Assembly: GCF_040940205.1 (NCBI RefSeq)
Contig: NZ_JASTWG010000007.1
Coordinates: 38,901 to 62,900, forward strand
Length of the DNA: 24,000 nt
Source: Spiroplasma sp. DGKH1
GTDB lineage: Bacteria > Bacillota_I > Bacilli_A > Mycoplasmatales > Mycoplasmataceae
Direction of reading: 5' to 3'
Below are positions 10,130-16,385 of the stretch, in pieces (the first letter of the stretch is position 1; every line of letters begins with the position of its first letter). The notes beneath the pieces were generated by a model. The model was not told where the DNA came from, did not search any database, and saw only the letters and a program-made list of their open reading frames with translations. Made by a program: the position numbers and the translations under genes.

Positions 10130-11071
10130 TTAAGTCACCCGTTTTAATATTCTTAACTTGGCACTCTTACTTCTCCGATTTTCACCCGTTTCTTGTTCGG
10201 AAGGAGTAATTGCTTTTTTCGTTATAATTTGATAATCACTTTGGTAGTTACTCATTATTGGTAACTTTTGATTGACAGTCTGGTTTGGATCAGTTGTTAA
10301 ACTTGTAAATAATTGTTTAACAATCCGGTCTTCAATTGAATGAAAGGTAATTACCACTAAGCGGCCATTTGGTTTTAACAACTTTACCGCTTGGGATAAG
10401 GATGTTTTTAACACAAATAACTCCTGGTTTACTTCAATGCGAATTGCTTGAAAGACTTGTTTGGCTGGATGTTTTGGTTTTTTTAAAACTTTTTGGGGAA
10501 GAACCTTTTTAATGATATCCACTAGTTCAAAGGTAGTGGAAATTGGGTTATTAGCACGAGCGCTGACAATTGCTTTGGCAATTGGTCGTGCAAATTTTTC
10601 TTCACCATATTCTCAGAAAATCCGGGTTAATTCAGCTTCTGAATAAGTATTAACAACTGTTTTTGCTGTTAATGCTTGGTTTTGGTTCATCCGCATGTCA
10701 AGTTCACTATCATAACGGTAACTAAAGCCCCGATGGTGATCATCAAACTGGGGTGAAGACACTCCCAAGTCATATAAAATCCCATCAACTTTTGTTACTC
10801 CCCGCAGCAATAATTCGGCGGTAATGTTTGCAAAGTTAGCATTAATAATCTCATAATTTGATTTGTTTAGCCCTTGTAATCTAGTTTGAGATTCTTTAAT
10901 TGCTTGACTGTCTTGTTCAAAAGCATACAGTTTTCCTGTTGTTAGCTGCTTAAGAATCGCAATACTATGGCCCGCACGCCCTAATGTGCAGTCAACATAG
11001 ATTCCCGTTGGTTTAATATCTAAACCAGCAATCGATTCTGCTAATAATACTGAATAGTGTTCAAAGTTCAT
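10130..11071 (-). CDS. rsmH: 16S rRNA (cytosine1402-N4)-methyltransferase RsmH/MraW
   Basis: MNFEHYSVLL...YVDCTLGRAGHS (SAM-binding motif), DLGVSSPQFD, and IFWEYGEEKFARPIA across the TGA at 10613. The 942-nt span is in frame. Confidence 0.93.
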
Positions 11072-11075
11072 AGCG

Positions 11076-11507
11076 TTAAATCTTTTCTTCAAAATTTTTC
11101 GCGGCATCTTCCATTGCTGGAGCACCATCAATATATTGGTTTCAAACAGCAGGATCTCATAATTCTAAGTGATCATTATTACCAATAATAACGACATCTT
11201 TTACGATCTGTACTTTTTCTTGTAAAATACTAGAAAGTTTAATGCGCCCGGCATTATCGAAAGTAGTTTCATCAGACATTGACATTACTTTCCGCGCTAG
11301 TGCCCTTCCTTCGGCAGTTGCTTGGCCAGTTGAACTAATTTTCGCAGTTCACTTGTTTCATTCTTCTTCGTTACGAACATCGATACAACCATCAAAACCA
11401 AGAGAAATAAAGACCTTATTATCTTTAAATTGCTCTCGTAACTTTGAAGGAATTGTTAATCTTCCCTTGTCATCTAGTGTATGATTGTAAGTTCCTAGAA
11501 GTGCCAT
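11076..11507 (-). CDS. mraZ: Transcriptional regulator MraZ (143 aa)
   Basis: MALLGTYNHTLDDKGRLTIPSKLR is the first of two DxxxR SpoVT/AbrB-like repeats. The second is FDNAGRIKLSSIL. Extended through TGA codons at 11358, 11349, 11157 and 11142 to TAA at 11076. GGGAG RBS. Confidence 0.9.
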
Positions 11508-11660
11508 TGTCTCCCACTTCACCCCACTTTCACACATATTATATTCCACTTTCTCCCACAATGCAACACTTTTTAGCGTTTTTTTACATTATTTTCCGCT
11601 TTTTACCGGATTACTGCTTAATTTCAAGGCAATTTTACCCCACTTTCTCCCACCATAAAA
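11508..11660 (-). promoter_or_regulatory. mraZ/dcw promoter region with phased (A/G)AAGTG(G/T) direct repeats (candidate MraZ operator) and a TATAAT -10 box
   Basis: Minus-strand boxes: GAAGTGG (plus 11514-11520), AAAGTGG (11524-11530), AAAGTGG (11546-11552), AAAGTGT (11566-11572), AAAGCGG (11596-11602), AAAGTGG (11640-11646). Spacings are 10, 22, 20, 30 and 44 nt. TATAAT lies at plus 11538-11543 (minus strand). The 14-mer ccactttctcccac occurs twice (11546-11559, 11640-11653). Confidence 0.45.
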
Positions 11661-11686
11661 TAAAGGTGGAAACTAGGAAAAATCGC

Positions 11687-11724
11687 AAAAAAAAAAAAAA
11701 AACATTAATCACCAGACTAATGTT
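11687..11724 (-). terminator. Intrinsic terminator after rpmF with a T16 tract
   Basis: The minus strand reads AACATTA-GTCTGGTGAT-TAATGTT (plus 11701-11724) followed by 16 consecutive T (A16 on plus, 11687-11702). Confidence 0.6.
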
Positions 11725-11744
11725 CTCATTAATTCGAAAGATAA

Positions 11745-11921
11745 CTAATCAACTTTCACAATTTCTTTATTTTTATAATACCCACATTCACGACAAACAC
11801 GGTGAGGTTTAATTGTTGCCCCACAATTACTACATGTAGTTAAGGTTGCCAAGGCTAATTTAAAGTGTGTGCGACGTTTTCTTTTAGCTTGTTTCGATGT
11901 CTTACGAAATGGAACTGCCAT
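11745..11921 (-). CDS. rpmF: 50S ribosomal protein L32 (58 aa)
   Basis: Absent from the track because it is under 60 aa. Hand translation: [58 protein letters not shown], then TAG at 11745. Zn-ribbon CxxC...CxxC. AAGGAGGG RBS. The ATG overlaps the upstream TAA (TAATG). Confidence 0.92.
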   Translation of the reverse strand: MAVPFRKTSKQAKRKRRTHFKLALATLTTCSNCGATIKPHRVCRECGYYKNKEIVKVD

Positions 11922-12460
11922 TATTTTCCCTCCTTATTCTTCTGTTCATATTGCTCTTTTAGCTCTTCTCAGCGTGGATCTACTTTATTAGCTTGATATT
12001 CATCAAGTTCCTGGTCAGAAATAACCTGTCAAGATGAATCACCACTAATTATTGTATCATCATTTATTGAAAAATTAATAGGAATATTCATAATAATTTC
12101 ATCAATTGCATATTTTATTATATCAAAATTATTTTCATTTAAATAATTTATATTAGGATTTTCACTAAATTCAAAAGAATATTCATCATTTCAATCCAAT
12201 ACCAGTGGGTATGGAATAATTCGTAATGTGCGAGCATCCACGATCATTGTATTAGTTACAATTTTAATATTAACTATAATCACTCTTGTTGACTGGTCAT
12301 AATCAACTTCACCTTGTAAATGAAGATCAGTAATCGCTTTTAATGGCTCGTAACTAAAAGAAGTTTGATTAACTTTAAATCGATCATTAATAGTATAATG
12401 TGGGTTAGCGATTAGATCTTTTTCTGTTAAAACAATAATTATCACATCCTTATTTTTCAT
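11921..12460 (-). CDS. DUF177 (YceD/YlbN-like) protein, usual partner of rpmF
   Basis: Track fragment 12191..12460 extended through TGA codons at 12191, 12029 and 11969 to TAA at 11921. The C-terminal ...[14 protein letters not shown] resembles the DUF177 DPRW/L motif. It sits immediately upstream of rpmF, as in many Firmicutes. Confidence 0.8.
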
Positions 12461-12516
12461 AAATCAACAAATATTATTATAAACTATAATATCCAATATT
12501 TAAATTTTTTTTAAAA

Positions 12517-12681
12517 TTATTTAACCCCACCATGGTGAGAACAAGTCCCACTACCAGCAGAATTACTTCAACTTCCATCATTACATTGGGTAGTATTACC
12601 AGTACAACTACATTTTGTACTTGTAACTGTGGTAAATGGTAAAAATGATATTAAACTTATAATTAAAATTAATTTCTTCAT
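12517..12681 (-). CDS. Small secreted Cys-rich peptide (54 aa) with a C-x-DG-x-x-S-x-S...G-x-CSHHGGV motif (DUF3761-like, from memory)
   Basis: Absent from the track (short, with an internal TGA). Hand translation: MKKLILIISLISFLPFTTVTSTKCSCTGNTTQCNDGSWSNSAGSGTCSHHGGVK, then TAA at 12517. AGGAGAAATAAAAAATG RBS lies inside the 3' end of the upstream gene. Hydrophobic signal-like N-terminus. Confidence 0.55.
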
Positions 12682-12684
12682 TTT

Positions 12685-13164
12685 TTATTTCTCCTGTAGG
12701 GAATTTTCATTTAAAAAATTATTTATTATTTTATTAATAAATGATTTTACTGTTGGAAACCCATTTTCCAAAAAAATAACAGCACAAATAGCTTCTAAAA
12801 TATCACTTGCTGGTTTATTACTATTACTTTGATTATTTTTATACTCACCATTATTCATTCTTAACAAATCATTGAAACCAAAAAAAGTACTAATTTTTAT
12901 TTGACTCTCATTATTTGTTAATTTTTCATATTGTTCATTTAATTTTTTAGGATCTGGATATTGTGAACTATGTTATAAAGTATCAGCTATTATTAAGTTT
13001 CAAACTCTATCTCCCAAAAATTCTAATCTTTCATAACTTATTGAATCTTTATTTTCATTTACATAACCTGAGGTTGTACATGCCTCTATTCATAAATCTT
13101 TATTTTTAATTTTAATATTTCATTTCTTCATAAAGTTCTTAACTTTTTCTATTGATCAATCCAT
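12685..13164 (-). pseudogene. RNase III catalytic-domain-only gene (159 codons, no dsRBD) interrupted by an in-frame TAA at codon 64
   Basis: Hand translation: MDWSIEKVKNFMKKWNIKIKNKDLWIEACTTSGYVNENKDSISYERLEFLGDRVWNLIIADTL*HSSQYPDPKKL...KPASDILEAICAVIFLENGF...LQEK. It carries the RNase III signature ERLEFLGD and the second catalytic D..E block. The stop (plus tta, 12973-12975) falls where RNase III proteins usually have Tyr or Phe. AAGGAGGA RBS before ATG 13164. Confidence 0.7.
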
Positions 13165-13232
13165 TAATATCCTCCTTATTATGTTCATAATAAAATATTT
13201 TATTTTAAATCAAAATATTTTTGTAATTTATT

Positions 13233-13360
13233 AAAATAAAAGTTCTTAATTTTAAACAAAATTAAGAACTTTAACAAATATAATATTTATTTAAATTCAA
13301 AATTAATTAACTAAATTTGAATTCTTAATTTTTGATATTAGTTGATATAAATATAATTTT
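13233..13360 (-). repeat. Copy 1 of a ~125-nt duplicated hairpin/terminator module (3' of lipoprotein gene 1)
   Basis: Near-identical to 13908..14035 at a 675-nt offset, with a few substitutions. Contains a perfect 14-bp hairpin aagttcttaatttt/aaaattaagaactt (13240-13253 / 13258-13271) and a second hairpin aattcaaa...tttgaatt. Confidence 0.8.
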
Positions 13361-13875
13361 TATTTTGTAGGAATACTAAATGTAACAGTAATATCAGAAT
13401 CAGCTAATTTAGAAAAGCTTTTATAGTAGTTTTCCTGATTATTTTTTTTAAATTCTTCCCTTAATTTTTCTCCTATATAATGTAATGTATATTGTGTTGA
13501 ATTAACATTTAATTTCATATATTCTGGTTCTTTACTTTCTTCTAAGAAATCTATATAGTGAGTCATTAAACTAGCAAAAGAAGGTGATAACTCAGCTTTT
13601 TTAAAAATTTTTTCACCATGATTTAATTCATACATTTTTTTACAAATATTATAAATAATTGCATAACGAATCGAATAATCACTATCATTTTTTGGATCAA
13701 TTTCCACCCCTTCTAATTTTCCTAAATCCTTATTAGGAAAAATTTCATCTAATGAGTATGGACCTTGAGTGATATTAGAATCTGTTGTACTTGTATTTTT
13801 ATTACATGCCACAACCGAAGAAGCTCCAGTTGCTGTTAATGCAAACGCACCAAAAATAGTTAATAACTTTTTCAT
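13360..13875 (-). CDS. Lipoprotein, tandem paralog 1 (171 aa)
   Basis: MKKLLTIFGAFALTATGASSVVAC has a lipobox with Cys24. TAA at 13360. The first 37 codons and 32 nt of 5'UTR are identical to paralog 2. AGGAGA RBS. Confidence 0.85.
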   Translation of the reverse strand: MKKLLTIFGAFALTATGASSVVACNKNTSTTDSNITQGPYSLDEIFPNKDLGKLEGVEIDPKNDSDYSIRYAIIYNICKKMYELNHGEKIFKKAELSPSFASLMTHYIDFLEESKEPEYMKLNVNSTQYTLHYIGEKLREEFKKNNQENYYKSFSKLADSDITVTFSIPTK

Positions 13876-13907
13876 TCCTATATGTCTCCTATTCTAATTT
13901 ACATATT

Positions 13908-14035
13908 AAAATAAAAGTTCTTAATTTTAGACAAAATTAAGAACTTTAGTAAATATAATATTTATTTAAATTCAAAATTAATTAACTAAATTTGAATTCT
14001 TAATTTTTGATATTAGTTATAAAAATATAATTTTT
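13908..14035 (-). repeat. Copy 2 of the duplicated hairpin/terminator module (between the two lipoprotein genes)
   Basis: Same module as 13233..13360. A third, degenerate hairpin arm pair (aagttctcagtttt / aaaattaagaactt) lies at about 14046-14080. Confidence 0.8.
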
Positions 14036-14124
14036 GGATATTAAGTTCTCAGTTTTAGTTAAAATTAAGAACTTTAACAAAAATTAATTTAGAAAATACC
14101 TTTCGAAAAAAATTTTTTATATTT

Positions 14125-14667
14125 TTAATAAGGCACAGGATTAATAATAAAGTTTAAAGTTATATCTGAATCTGCAATTTTTGAAAAATATTCAATAGAG
14201 TGTTTGTCACCAGCTTTTTCAAATTCTTGACGTAAGTTTTCAGCTTTATAATGTAAACTAAATGTTTTAGACTTTAAATTTAAACCTAAATAATCTTGAT
14301 CATTAACTTCTTCCAAATATTTTTGGTAATAATCTGAAAAAAGCATATCAAAATTATATGGAATATTAGCTTTTCTAAATATTTTTTCATTTGATTTTTT
14401 ATTTAACTTATACATTTCTCCAATTAAATGATTAAAAATTGAAGTACGAATTACTGATAAATGTTGATCAGCATGATCAATCTCATCTTGAGTTAATTCA
14501 ATTTCTAAAGTTCCTAAATCCTTATTAGGAAAAATTTGCTCTAATGTATAAGAATCCTGAGTGATATTAGAATCTGTTGTACTTGTATTTTTATTACATG
14601 CCACAACCGAAGAAGCTCCAGTTGCTGTTAATGCAAACGCACCAAAAATAGTTAATAACTTTTTCAT
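14125..14667 (-). CDS. Lipoprotein, tandem paralog 2 (180 aa)
   Basis: Same signal peptide and lipobox as paralog 1. The mature part is homologous but diverged (EQIFPNKDLGTLE vs DEIFPNKDLGKLE; KIADSDITLNF vs KLADSDITVTF). It starts 23 nt after the stop of the 564-aa gene, with no hairpin between them. Confidence 0.85.
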   Translation of the reverse strand: MKKLLTIFGAFALTATGASSVVACNKNTSTTDSNITQDSYTLEQIFPNKDLGTLEIELTQDEIDHADQHLSVIRTSIFNHLIGEMYKLNKKSNEKIFRKANIPYNFDMLFSDYYQKYLEEVNDQDYLGLNLKSKTFSLHYKAENLRQEFEKAGDKHSIEYFSKIADSDITLNFIINPVPY

Positions 14668-14690
14668 TCCTATATGTCTCCTATTCTAAT

Positions 14691-16385
14691 TTACATATTT
14701 TTTATTATATCATAATTTTTATTAGATAAATTTTCTTTATATTCTAAAATATTTTTAAAATCTTCAAATTGATTTTGGCTTAAATTTTGTTTTAATTCAT
14801 TAATTAATTTATTAAAAATTTCAATTTTTTGGTTATTAACTAAAGTAATTTGGTCTTTTAATTTATCTAAATTTGATTTAGGAGTGGCACAAAAAGTTTG
14901 TGCTTGGAAATTTATCTTTGGATTATTATTAACATCAGCAATTTCATTAGTATATCAATAGTAATAATTATCACCGTAAATAGTTGAAGCTAAATTAGTA
15001 GATAAAATTGCTTTGATATTATTAATTTCAGTTGTGACTTGTTCAATTTCTTTTCCTAATTCTGCTAATTTTTTAGTATTACTTGCTATTTTATCTCGTC
15101 ATTCCTTCATTTGTGCATTATTGGCATTGTAATTATTAATTAAATTTTGTTGGACATAACTTATTGATTCTTTGGCATCATTAAGATGTCCTTCAGTATT
15201 ATCGGCAGCTGATTTAAATTCTTTATAATGTGGCGTTAACTTATCATGGAAATTCTCAGCTAACTTACTGGCATTAAAACCAGAACCTAAGAAATCTAAA
15301 ACTGCATTAATAACTGGCCCTAGTCCTGGAAAGGCACTTGATCCAATGTCAATTAAAACACTAATTCCTTCGGAAATTGAAGAGGCAACGGTTGAACTTA
15401 AACCAGCATCTTCTAATAAGCCCCCAATAAGGTCATTTTCTGTTGGATCAATCTCTAAAATATTATCTCTTAACCCATCAAGATTATTTTTCATATCTTG
15501 AATAGCCATTCAACCAGGAGCAGTAGGATCTTTGCCATCAAAAGTAGCAACATATGTTTGCATAGCATCAACAGTATCTTTCATCCGATTGCTAAATGTT
15601 ATGTTAAAAGCCATTCCATAAAAAGGAATAAAACCTAAACCTCAATTATTAGCATGCCATGCGGCTGAATTATAATTGCTAACTACTTTATCTTTTGCAT
15701 TATTAAAAATTTCTCTTGTTTTATTAATAAAGCCCATTGAAACATCAAGCATCGATAAAATTTTATTAATAATTTCATTTTCTTTACTTTTACCTTCTAG
15801 TTTCGTTTGTAAGGTATTATTTTCTTGGTTTAAATCATTAATATTTTTTTGCAAGATAGCTAACTTACTTGTTAGTTGGGTAATTTTTTGGTCATAAATG
15901 CGGAAAAATAATTGGCTTTCTTGGCGTTTTAATTGTTCATACTTAATAAATTCAGGTTTAAAGCGATTATCTAATTTAATATTAAAATCAACACTTAATT
16001 TTTGTGTATAACTCATAATTGCCTGATAAAAGTTAGTTTCCGTATCATTAAAATTATAGTTAATTTTTTCTAAACGGTTTTTAAATAAATTGGCAACTTC
16101 ACTAATTTTGGTGTTAAAAGCATAAAAGAAACTGCTATTATAAACTTCATCTAACATTAAAGTTGCTTGAATTAAAACCCGCATTAATTCATTATCGTTA
16201 GTAATCAAGTTCGGGTTTTTAGTAACTTGTTCCATGTAATTAAAATGTTCAAACATTTCAGGAAAAACTTCATCTTTTTCAATTGGATCAAATTTTGAAT
16301 TATTATTCAATAATATACCAACGGCTGCTTCCCCACCCGCGGCTAAGACTGCAACTGATCCTAATATACTAAGCAATGTTTTCAT
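14691..16385 (-). CDS. 564-aa N-terminally anchored or secreted helical protein (paralog B of the pair); unknown family
   Basis: Track ORFs 15642..16385 and 15099..15509 share a frame. I hand-translated the gaps and found only TGA at 15642, 15510, 15099 and 14955. TAA at 14691. N-terminus MKTLLSILGSVAVLAAGGEAAVGIL with no lipobox Cys. AGAGGA RBS lies inside the upstream gene. Confidence 0.75.

Noticed and set aside
10461-11812. Plus-strand ORFs 10461..10646, 11242..11484 and 11444..11812. The last spans the mraZ promoter and the rpmF 3' end.
   Set aside because: They are antisense to rsmH and mraZ, or run through intergenic repeats and the A16 tract. They show no RBS and no recognisable motif.
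12629-12832. Plus-strand ORF 12629..12832 overlapping the RNase III-like gene and the small peptide gene.
   Set aside because: It is antisense to two ORFs that have RBSs and recognisable motifs. Its product is low-complexity I/F/K-rich.
13233-14699. Regularly spaced repeats that might suggest a CRISPR array or a mobile-element terminal repeat.
   Set aside because: There are only two full copies, separated by a whole lipoprotein gene (675 and 792-nt offsets). There is no short repeat-spacer periodicity, no cas genes, no transposase and no target-site duplication. It is a tandem gene duplication.
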